Below are positions 10,032 to 17,891 of a stretch of 39,035 nucleotides of DNA, piece by piece (within the stretch, counting starts at the first letter, position 1; every line of letters starts with the position of its first letter). The position numbers and the translations under genes are program-made. Source of the DNA: Bdellovibrionales bacterium (GTDB lineage Bacteria; Bdellovibrionota; Bdellovibrionia; Bdellovibrionales; Bdellovibrionaceae); contig JANMPT010000042.1 in assembly GCA_031370005.1 (NCBI GenBank), positions 1-39,035 on the forward strand. The letters are read 5' to 3'. The notes under the pieces are model-generated. The model worked only from the letters and a program-made list of their open reading frames with translations. It was not told the origin of the DNA and ran no database searches.

Positions 10032-10503
10032 AAATTAACAGGCGATTCTTCAAACGATCCTCACGGCGTTTTTTACCGGCTTCAAACCGACGCTTTTCAT
10101 CTATACCTTCGAGGATCAAGCCAGGAACCTCCGTCGGCTTCCCATTAGAATCAAGTGCGACAAAAGTGGTATAAGCTGATGCTGTATGGAAAATTTCTCC
10201 AGATTTTGGATCTTCAGCATCCACTCTTACTCCGACCTCCATAGAGGTGCGTGAAGTAAAATTCACTGAGGCCTTAAGATTTACAACCCAACCTTTGTAA
10301 ACAGGTGCAATAAAACTAAGAGAATCAATACTTGCGGTGACAACTTCTTTGTTTGAATGCCTCTGAGCTGCGATAGCAGCGGCAATATCAATCCAAGACA
10401 TGATAGTTCCGCCAAAAATAGAGCCCATAGCATTAATATGGACTGGCAAAACTAATTGGGTCATTATCACCTGGGATGCAGAAGCTTTTTTTGCACTCCC
10501 CAT
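10024..10503 (-). CDS. Acyl-CoA thioesterase (hotdog fold, YciA-like)
   Basis: Motifs N..GSIFGG.IMSWID.AA, VVTASID, TSMEVGVRV and FVALD. ATG at 10503 chosen as start. Confidence 0.92.
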   Translation of the reverse strand: MGSAKKASASQVIMTQLVLPVHINAMGSIFGGTIMSWIDIAAAIAAQRHSNKEVVTASIDSLSFIAPVYKGWVVNLKASVNFTSRTSMEVGVRVDAEDPKSGEIFHTASAYTTFVALDSNGKPTEVPGLILEGIDEKRRFEAGKKRREDRLKNRLLIST

Positions 10504-10536
10504 GATAATGACCCTCAACTAACAGAAAACTTTTTA

Positions 10537-10935
10537 TTACATTCCCGTGCCAATATCGCCATTACCATTACGGCCGACACCATTCTGAGAGCTAGGAAGT
10601 GTCGTCATTACTCCAGCTACTGTCGAATTACCCGCCGGAATTGTTTGAGTGGCTTGATTATTATAAGCCGCTGCAGCAACACCTTGGTTGATATTCGTTT
10701 CAGCACGAATTTCGTTCTCAACGAATCCAAGATGAGGCAAGCACCATACAATCAACTGAGCGCGAGACTTCACGTTCATTTTTTTGTAGATATTTGTGAG
10801 GTGAAATTTCACTGTTTTTTCAGTGACAAAAAGCTGGTTCGCAACTTCCTTGTTGGACAAGCCTTTGCTTACTAATTCAGCAACTTCAGCCTCGCGATTA
10901 GAAAGACCTTTTTGAATCAGGACATCTCTGAGCAT
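10537..10935 (-). CDS. Stand-alone LuxR/GerE-type HTH transcriptional regulator with low-complexity C-terminal tail
   Basis: LSNREAEVAELVSKGLSNKEVANQLFVTEKTVKFHLTNIYKKMNVKSR is a canonical LuxR HTH. There is no receiver domain. Confidence 0.92.
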   Translation of the reverse strand: MLRDVLIQKGLSNREAEVAELVSKGLSNKEVANQLFVTEKTVKFHLTNIYKKMNVKSRAQLIVWCLPHLGFVENEIRAETNINQGVAAAAYNNQATQTIPAGNSTVAGVMTTLPSSQNGVGRNGNGDIGTGM

Positions 10936-11098
10936 CCTTGCTCCCTTCCCGTTATAGTTAATCTTCTTTTTTTGTTAAAACCTTAGTCTAAAGTATCTAG
11001 ACTTTATTTGGAGCAAACCTCTATGTTTGTCTCAAAACAAGTCACATACCTGGATTCAAGTCTTACAACAAATTATCTTTTAAGCAAGACTCTTGGAC

Positions 11099-11125
11099 TC
11101 TAGTTTTTAAAAACTAGACCGAAAA
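11099..11125 (+). promoter_or_regulatory. Putative sigma28 (FliA) promoter of cheY-cheX, overlapped by a perfect 20-bp palindrome
   Basis: TCTAGTTT-N11-ACCGAAAA versus the consensus TAAAGTTT-N11-GCCGATAA (6/8 in each box). Palindrome TCTAGTTTTT|AAAAACTAGA at 11099-11118. Confidence 0.55.
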
Positions 11126-11164
11126 GAAATATAGGTTTTTAAAATTAACCGGCGAGAGGATATT

Positions 11165-11590
11165 ATGTTTCCTAATGACATCAAATTTTTAGTGGTCGAT
11201 GATTTCGCGACTATGCGAAAAATTATTAAAAAAGTACTCAATGAGTTGGGCTATACCAATATCAATGAAGCGGACGATGGCAAAAATGCCCTGCCTATGC
11301 TTCAGGCGGCAGCAGCCAGTGGACAACCTTTTGGCTTCGTTATCTCTGACTGGAATATGCCAGGAATGACTGGAATTGATCTATTGAAGGCTTGCAAAGC
11401 CGATGCAAACCTGAAGAGTCTGCCATTTATGCTTGTAACTGCTGAAAGTGAGCAAAAACACATCCTTGAGGCAGCCAAAGCTGGTGTTTCAGATTATGTG
11501 GTAAAACCTTTCAATGCTGCGACCTTAAAAGCAAAAATGGAAAGAGTCTACCAGCGTCACACAGCAACCCCTGCGGCTAAAGCCTCTTAA
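11165..11590 (+). CDS. cheY: Chemotaxis response regulator CheY
   Basis: Single-domain receiver with FLVVDDFATMRKII, ISDWNMPGMTG, VTAE and YVVKPF, adjacent to cheX. Confidence 0.93.
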   Translation: MFPNDIKFLVVDDFATMRKIIKKVLNELGYTNINEADDGKNALPMLQAAAASGQPFGFVISDWNMPGMTGIDLLKACKADANLKSLPFMLVTAESEQKHILEAAKAGVSDYVVKPFNAATLKAKMERVYQRHTATPAAKAS

Positions 11591-11605
11591 ATTAAGGAAT
11601 ATACT

Positions 11606-12112
11606 ATGTCTGCTGCACCTAAAATTGTCCCAGAGAACAATCCCCTATTTGACAAGAAATTACTTCAAGCTTTTGTTGATGGCGTAATCAAAACACTTGC
11701 AACAATCGCTCAAACTGACGCAAAAGTCGGGAAGCCTTATATCGAACCCGAGCTCACAGAAAAAGGTGAGATCGCCGGTATGGTGGGAATGGTTGCTCCA
11801 CCTCTAAAAGGCACCCTGCTTATTAGCTTCACCAAAGATTCCATATTTCAAATCATGGAAAATATGCTCGGCGAAAAGCACACAGAAATCAATGGAGAGA
11901 TCTCAGACGCCGTGGGCGAGCTGACTAATATGATCTATGGCACTGCAAAAACAGCCCTGAATCAAATGGGCTATAGCTTTGAGATGGCTATCCCAACTGT
12001 GATTCGTGGGGAGTTTACACTTTCCAAATCCACAAAAAGCGCTACCCTTGTGATTCCATTTGAGCTTAAAAACAGTGCTCAGTTTCACGTCAAAATTACT
12101 GTGCAAATGTGA
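11606..12112 (+). CDS. cheX: Chemotaxis phosphatase CheX
   Basis: DAVGELTNMIYG (ExxN catalytic motif), AIPTVIRG and a CheX-like size. Confidence 0.92.
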   Translation: MSAAPKIVPENNPLFDKKLLQAFVDGVIKTLATIAQTDAKVGKPYIEPELTEKGEIAGMVGMVAPPLKGTLLISFTKDSIFQIMENMLGEKHTEINGEISDAVGELTNMIYGTAKTALNQMGYSFEMAIPTVIRGEFTLSKSTKSATLVIPFELKNSAQFHVKITVQM

Positions 12113-12131
12113 CAGCAATAACAATAATAAA

Positions 12132-13511
12132 ATGCCGCCACAATCAATTGAAAATCTTATGGATGTCTTGATTGCAAGCCAGAGGGAAAACTTCTGGCAG
12201 GATGTTCAAGCCATCCTTAAGGGCTACTATCCCTATAAACTTCATTTTATTAGAGATACTGATAGTCTCACACATCCTCAGGAAAACATGATTCCTCTTC
12301 TTGCCTTAGTTGACGGTCATGGCGGCACCTTGCAAACATGTGAATGGGTGCAAAGTGTGAAAATGACCTATCCGGATTGTCCCCTTATTGTACTCTATGG
12401 CCCCCAGGATCAATTGGATTTCGCCTTGGTTAAGAAAAATGGCGCCAACTATATAATGCATGCAAATTATGATCGTGAGTTTGTTTCTGATATGATTTTA
12501 AATCTTGCTCCGGTGGATTTGGGAGGAACAGATATCCCAGTCTCCGCCCTCCTACCGATTGACATTAAGGACATTGATACTGAAGTGCCAATTAACTTCG
12601 ATATTTTTATTCATTTACCCTCAAATCACAAAAGCTTTCGAGTGCGCAAAGAAGGCGGTAAAATTGAGCCCCGTCTTTTGGAAAAATCAACAGAAAATCA
12701 CCAACGTCTTTATATAAAGAAAACTCAAGCCAAAGCTTTTTTTGAATATGCTCGCACAGTTTTGACAATGAGAAATGTTCCAAACCCAGTACCGCAGACC
12801 GAAAAAATCTATAAGGCAAAGAAACTAATTCACGAGATTATTTCAGAATTTTTGGATTCTGAAACTTCCAATTTTCAATCCGGAAAAGAGATATTTGAAC
12901 GTTGCCGCCAGATTATTACTGAGCTCGATCTTATTAAAGAAAAAAAGCCAGAAGAACACGTGGCAGACGTCTATCGATTCACAGGGCATCCTCGGAGCAC
13001 CTACCAAGATGCGATTAGCATGGCAGTTTTCGCCTCAAGTTTTGCCTCGATGATGGGCTTTGATGCCCTAAAAATCGAAAACTCAGCCGTAGCAGGCCTA
13101 CTTCATAATGTTGGACTTGCTCAAATGCCCGCAACTTCTATTGGTAAAAACTTTAGCCAACTCAGTCCCGAAGAACTTACAGACTATAAAATATATCCTG
13201 ATCGCTCAGTCATTCTGATTAAGTCAAAAAAGGTTCCCTTGCCACAAGAGGCTTCTTCAGCCATTGTTCAACACCAAGAAAATGTTAATGGCAGCGGGTT
13301 TCCCCACGGTTTAGACGGCAGCAAACTAGAACCCTTAGGCAAAGTTCTACGCTTAGCTATGCGATTTTTAGAGCTAACCTCCTTAGATGGTGATCAGCTT
13401 GGGATGACACCCAAAGCAGCTATTGCACATATCAAAAATGAGGCCATTTCCGACAAACCCTTGGTTGATTTAATCACTGCCACTCAGGTCTTTAAAAGAC
13501 TTTGCACCTGA
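12132..13511 (+). CDS. Pseudo-receiver plus Bd1817-type N-domain plus degenerate HD-GYP protein
   Basis: N-terminal REC-like topology (DVLIAS..., LALVDG, PLIVLYG, KNGANYIM). HD-GYP remnant LLHNVG...QHQENVNGSGFPHGL. Start at ATG 12132 (or 12159), not TTG 12060. Confidence 0.75.
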   Translation: MPPQSIENLMDVLIASQRENFWQDVQAILKGYYPYKLHFIRDTDSLTHPQENMIPLLALVDGHGGTLQTCEWVQSVKMTYPDCPLIVLYGPQDQLDFALVKKNGANYIMHANYDREFVSDMILNLAPVDLGGTDIPVSALLPIDIKDIDTEVPINFDIFIHLPSNHKSFRVRKEGGKIEPRLLEKSTENHQRLYIKKTQAKAFFEYARTVLTMRNVPNPVPQTEKIYKAKKLIHEIISEFLDSETSNFQSGKEIFERCRQIITELDLIKEKKPEEHVADVYRFTGHPRSTYQDAISMAVFASSFASMMGFDALKIENSAVAGLLHNVGLAQMPATSIGKNFSQLSPEELTDYKIYPDRSVILIKSKKVPLPQEASSAIVQHQENVNGSGFPHGLDGSKLEPLGKVLRLAMRFLELTSLDGDQLGMTPKAAIAHIKNEAISDKPLVDLITATQVFKRLCT

Positions 13512-14692
13512 CTAAGCATTTCTTCTCGAGATGAGAAACGTTTTTCTAATTGCCAGACAAAAAACTTATGCAGCCAAACGCCTAAGTCTCGCCCTTCAAA
13601 ATAGTCCTTCAGGTCATCCCCCCGTATCCAAGCTTCGGGCATTTTTTCTCCCCAAGACTGCCATTGAAGGATGAGTCTGTCTGCCCCCGTTTTCTCAATG
13701 TCTAGTATGTGACAGACTCGAATAAACAAACGAACAGCCTCATCCCCCAAGAGAGAGAGCTGCTCTCCTGGAGTCGAAAGAAAGAAGTGCTTTGGATTTT
13801 CAATATATCCCAAAGCTTTTTTTAAAATTTTATGAAGCTGCCGCGAGAACTTGTAATTTTCCAAAATCCAATCCCACTCTAGATTCTTTTGCAGAGCCCA
13901 AGGGGAAAGGAAGGCCAACCATAAAAAAGATTCTTCATTCCAGCTAGTTGCAAACAATAGTTGAAATTCTTTTTTAGATTTTAAAAAAACATTTTGCCAT
14001 CCAGGGAAAAGAACTTTCCCTAACCCACTGTCTTGTAAAAGATGCAGTCCCTCAAGGCAATGCTTAGACTTTAGAAGCTTAAAAACCTCATCATGAATTC
14101 TTTCGGTACTGACACTTTTCACGGAATTTGCCAGTCTCTTTATAGCACTTAAAGTTTCACTTTCAATTTCAAAACCCAATTGTGCAGAAAAGCGTATAGC
14201 TCTTAATAGGCGCAAATGATCTTCTTTAAATCTCTCCTCGGGACTTCCAACTGTTTGTATCTTTTTATCTGCTAAATCCTTAAGACCACCGACATAATCC
14301 AGAACTCGACCTTGTTTTAGATCATAGAAAAGAGCATTCACTGTAAAATCTCGACGAAGCGCATCTTCTTCAGCTGTTGTATAAACGACAGAGTCCGGTC
14401 GACGGCCGTCTTTATAAGCTCCATCAGAGCGAAATGTTGCCACCTCAAAGGATATGCCATCTTCAATAACTAGCATGACCCCGAAAGATTTCCCTGTAGC
14501 AACTGTCTTTGGAAAAATCCTCTCAATACTCTCCGGAGTTGCATCCGTGGCCAAATCCAGATCATTTGCCTGTATCCCAAGCAAAGCATCCCTCACGCAG
14601 CCTCCGACTAAATAGGCTTTATGGCCATTCTCGGTCAATTTGTAGTAAATTTTTTCTAAGGCTGGCCAATGCGGATGAGATTGGATATTCAT
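13484..14692 (-). CDS. cca: CCA tRNA nucleotidyltransferase (class II)
   Basis: Motifs YLVGGCVRD, DLDLAT, flexible loop FRSDGAYKDGRRP, EDALRRDFTVNA, EDHLRLLRAIRF and STERI. The poly(A) polymerase GR/KRF signature is absent. Confidence 0.87.
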   Translation of the reverse strand: MNIQSHPHWPALEKIYYKLTENGHKAYLVGGCVRDALLGIQANDLDLATDATPESIERIFPKTVATGKSFGVMLVIEDGISFEVATFRSDGAYKDGRRPDSVVYTTAEEDALRRDFTVNALFYDLKQGRVLDYVGGLKDLADKKIQTVGSPEERFKEDHLRLLRAIRFSAQLGFEIESETLSAIKRLANSVKSVSTERIHDEVFKLLKSKHCLEGLHLLQDSGLGKVLFPGWQNVFLKSKKEFQLLFATSWNEESFLWLAFLSPWALQKNLEWDWILENYKFSRQLHKILKKALGYIENPKHFFLSTPGEQLSLLGDEAVRLFIRVCHILDIEKTGADRLILQWQSWGEKMPEAWIRGDDLKDYFEGRDLGVWLHKFFVWQLEKRFSSREEMLSQVQSLLKT

Positions 14693-14735
14693 TTGTATTA
14701 GAATAACCTGTGATTTTTGAGAATGGAAATCCCTT

Positions 14736-15800
14736 TTGTCGATAAAACTAAATGATTTACAAAATTATCTCGATGAAAAATCCAAAGTGTTGAAATTCTC
14801 ACACTATGGAATCAGCTCCCTCAGTCGCCCTTTAAGTTTTGAGCTCTATGAAAACTGGCTCTCTGAGGGGCTTCACGGAAATATGGAATATCTAGTGACT
14901 CATGCACCAATCAAAGAAAAACCTCAAATGAAGTGGCCAAAAGCTCGTTCTGCTTTGGTTTTTGCCGTTCCATATTATCCTCACCCGGCTCCGGCCGCGA
15001 GTTCTCCATTGAAGGAGGCTCGGGTAAGCCTCTACACCCAAGGCTATGACTACCATCATTGGTTTAAATCAATGCTTCAAACTATCTGTGACGAGCTTAA
15101 AGCCTTGCTTCCAGAAGAGGAATTCATTCCACTCACAGATAGTAGCCCCGTACTCGAAAGAGATCTTGCCTATCGTGCCGGAATTGGCTGGATAGGTAAA
15201 AATACTTGTTTAATTCACCCTCAGAACAGCAGCTTATTTTTCATTGGAGAAATCTATTCAAGTATTTCTTTAAGTCTTGAAGCTAAGCCTATCCACGACT
15301 TCTGTGGAACCTGCACTCGATGTATTGATATCTGTCCGACCGGAGCCCTTACTGAAGCTCGCAAGTTAGATGCTCGAAAATGCATTTCCTATTTAACTAT
15401 TGAGTCACGGGAAGTACCTCCACTGGAACTTCGTGAGAAAATTGGCGACTGGTTTTTCGGCTGTGATCTATGTCAAACTATTTGCCCATGGAATCAGAAG
15501 GCCTTCAAAAATCAACTCAGCATTGAAAAAGTTGAAACCAAAACTTTAGCACAAGAAAAGCTCCTTGAAGAAGAGCTTCGTTGGATCCTGTCCAGCTCAG
15601 GTAAACAAATTGAGCGAAGCTTCCAAGGTATGGCGCTCTCGCGTGCTGGCGGCTTTGGTTTAAAACGCAACGCTCTGGTTGTTACAGCGAATCGTCGTCT
15701 TTCTTCTCTCAAGAATGAGGTAGAAGGCCTTCTCAATCACCCCAAATTAGGGGAGCTCGCCGAGTGGGCACTTGCAAAACTTTGCGAGCCAACTCTTTAA
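14736..15800 (+). CDS. queG: tRNA epoxyqueuosine(34) reductase QueG
   Basis: Motifs DYHH, DSSPVLER, GIGWIGKN, CGTCTRCIDICPTGAL, CISYLTIE and GCDLCQTICPWN (two 4Fe-4S clusters). Confidence 0.95.
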   Translation: MSIKLNDLQNYLDEKSKVLKFSHYGISSLSRPLSFELYENWLSEGLHGNMEYLVTHAPIKEKPQMKWPKARSALVFAVPYYPHPAPAASSPLKEARVSLYTQGYDYHHWFKSMLQTICDELKALLPEEEFIPLTDSSPVLERDLAYRAGIGWIGKNTCLIHPQNSSLFFIGEIYSSISLSLEAKPIHDFCGTCTRCIDICPTGALTEARKLDARKCISYLTIESREVPPLELREKIGDWFFGCDLCQTICPWNQKAFKNQLSIEKVETKTLAQEKLLEEELRWILSSSGKQIERSFQGMALSRAGGFGLKRNALVVTANRRLSSLKNEVEGLLNHPKLGELAEWALAKLCEPTL

Positions 15801-16318
15801 GCAACACCAAGCTTCCGAAGAAGCTCATCAATTTCATTTTGATCCATTGCCTTAGGCTTACCAGCATCGACCGAACCACGAACATCTGCACCAAACTGAT
15901 TAGACACCCAACGCAGTCTTTCAAGAAAAGTACTTGTAATGGAACTCTTTAAATCTTCTGAGGTGTCGCTCCCCAAACCTTCAATCCAGCTACTCAGTGT
16001 CTCAGTTGCATCTAACAAAAGAGCTACGCAGATATCAAAAAATTGTGGATTTCCCTGAATCTGAGAGGCCTTGTAACCAACCGCCTTACACAGAGCCGCA
16101 TAGTCAGCTACCATGTGAAGGGGATGATCTATAGGAACCAAAAGAGCGAGGCTCTTTGCTCCACCCATGATGCGATCTACCTTCTGACCATACTCCTCTA
16201 GCTGTGACACCTTCGAAAAGTCCCCCTCGATCCCCTCGAGAGTATCTATGAGGTCCTGAATGATTCCCTTGGACTCAAGAGTAAAATCTTTTACTATATC
16301 CTTATCTATATTTGACAT
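15797..16318 (-). CDS. CheA-P1/Hpt-like helical protein lacking the phospho-His, with a CheZ-like C-terminal peptide
   Basis: The N-terminus follows the P1 pattern F..E...l..L..lE....(H->D)RIMGGA. The C-terminus is MDQNEIDELLRKLGVA. Confidence 0.7.
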   Translation of the reverse strand: MSNIDKDIVKDFTLESKGIIQDLIDTLEGIEGDFSKVSQLEEYGQKVDRIMGGAKSLALLVPIDHPLHMVADYAALCKAVGYKASQIQGNPQFFDICVALLLDATETLSSWIEGLGSDTSEDLKSSITSTFLERLRWVSNQFGADVRGSVDAGKPKAMDQNEIDELLRKLGVA

Positions 16319-16354
16319 AGAATTTAGAGTAACAAATTGAAGGGCACATTTGCA

Positions 16355-17284
16355 ATGGATTATGTCTCTATCAGAGTTAGCACCTTACGCGGGGATCAGA
16401 AAATTGAATTCAACGCTTATATCAAAATCAACGATAAAATGATTCTCTATCTTCGTCGTGGAGACTCCTTTGAAGGCGAGCGACTTAAGCGCCTCAAAGA
16501 TAAAAAATTAAGAAAGATGTTCATTCTTAATGATGAAGAAATTATGTATCGCGACTACCTGCAAAAAAACATTGAAATGGCCTATGACGAAAAATCAGGA
16601 AAAGACATCAATACCCGCGCAGAAATTGTTCAAGGTCAGCAACAAAGCAATACCGAAGAGGTATTTGAGGATCCAGGCAACATTGAATCATACAACAATA
16701 CCAAGGACGCTGCAGGAAAGTACGTACAGTTTCTTCTCAGCAACAGCAAAGCTGTCACCGCAATGATGAATATTAACAATGATGATTGCAATATCGCCCA
16801 TCACGGAGTCACCGTTTCCACTTTATCCGTAGCACTAGGCCAAAAACTAAATATAACTGATCCGAAAAAAAATCAATTTTTGGCTCTCGGGGCACTACTC
16901 CATGATTTTGGTCATTATGAATCAGGGATTGCATTAAATCGACTAACAACTGAGTTTAGCGCTGAAGAATCTAAGATCTATAAGAACCATCCAACCTTAG
17001 GAACACAGAAGGTCCAAGATAAAAAACATTTTGACCAAACAGTGATTAACATCATAGCCCAACATGAAGAATGCATTGATGGCAGCGGTTTCCCAACAGG
17101 GGCGCGGGAAAGTCAATTGGATCCACTTTCCGTCATCGTAGCCAGTGCCAATGCTCTTGATCGGACGATTACTTTTGAAAAAACACCTAAAGCTGATGCT
17201 GTTAAAAAATTAATGATCGGCCATGTGGGGCGCCATCCGCTCAATCATATCCAGTTTCTTGCGGAAATTTTAAAGGGAGTCTAA
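16355..17284 (+). CDS. HD-GYP family protein, Bd1817-like
   Basis: MDYVSIRVSTLRGDQKI... closely matches B. bacteriovorus Bd1817 as I recall it. Motifs HHGVTVS, LLHDFGH, HP and QHEECIDGSGFP. ATG at 16355. Confidence 0.88.
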   Translation: MDYVSIRVSTLRGDQKIEFNAYIKINDKMILYLRRGDSFEGERLKRLKDKKLRKMFILNDEEIMYRDYLQKNIEMAYDEKSGKDINTRAEIVQGQQQSNTEEVFEDPGNIESYNNTKDAAGKYVQFLLSNSKAVTAMMNINNDDCNIAHHGVTVSTLSVALGQKLNITDPKKNQFLALGALLHDFGHYESGIALNRLTTEFSAEESKIYKNHPTLGTQKVQDKKHFDQTVINIIAQHEECIDGSGFPTGARESQLDPLSVIVASANALDRTITFEKTPKADAVKKLMIGHVGRHPLNHIQFLAEILKGV

Positions 17285-17306
17285 AAAACAGACCCCCTTA
17301 GTAGCG

Positions 17307-17876
17307 TCAGAACATGTAACCGACAGAAACCATCGGCATAACTTCAGTCGTCTGACGAGACTCAAAAGTCGCCGCCAAAGTACTGTTCTTCTTGTACGTA
17401 ATACTTCGATAGGTCAATTCTGCACCTAACATCCAACCATTGCCCAGGCCTGCTTTGTAGCCAAGATCAGCTTGCATTCCTGTCCCCTCTTTATACTCTC
17501 CATTTGTTGCACTCAACAAATAGTGACCAGTTATGAAAAAGCCCGCTGAACCCATATATCCTACAGAAGCACCCATTGCTGAAGCTGAAGTTCCTGCAGC
17601 ATTTAAAACACTATCCGAGCGCGACGTATAGATACCACCCAAATATAGACCGCTTCCCGATAGATAACCCAATTTCACATCGTATATAGCACTCGTGGTA
17701 TCCGTTTGATGGGTGGTTACTCCACTATTGATGTCATCAGTTTTTGAAGACCCATAGTTTAAATTCAGATCCAAAAGAACTCCCGAACCGCCGCCACCGC
17801 CGCCGCGGGCTTGTACTGTCGCTGCCATAATCATTGTTGAAGCAAAAACAAATGCTGTTAACCACATCTTTTTCAC
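17307..17876 (-). CDS. Small outer-membrane beta-barrel protein
   Basis: Sec signal (MKKMWL...VQA), alternating aromatic/Gly beta strands and C-terminal SVGYMF. GTG start with AAGGAG SD. Confidence 0.82.
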   Translation of the reverse strand: MKKMWLTAFVFASTMIMAATVQARGGGGGGSGVLLDLNLNYGSSKTDDINSGVTTHQTDTTSAIYDVKLGYLSGSGLYLGGIYTSRSDSVLNAAGTSASAMGASVGYMGSAGFFITGHYLLSATNGEYKEGTGMQADLGYKAGLGNGWMLGAELTYRSITYKKNSTLAATFESRQTTEVMPMVSVGYMF

Positions 17877-17891
17877 AAAAAACTCCTTTGT

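Noticed and set aside
10456..10875. 139-aa plus-strand ORF
   Set aside because: Antisense to the well-supported LuxR and thioesterase genes, with no SD or motif.
13484..14692. Poly(A) polymerase (pcnB) assignment
   Set aside because: The PAP-specific G[RK][RK]F signature is absent (reads GKSFG), while the CCA flexible loop and EDxxRRD motif are present.
17786..17808. GC-rich CCG run as a possible DNA repeat or contingency locus
   Set aside because: It simply encodes the in-frame Gly linker of the OM barrel protein.
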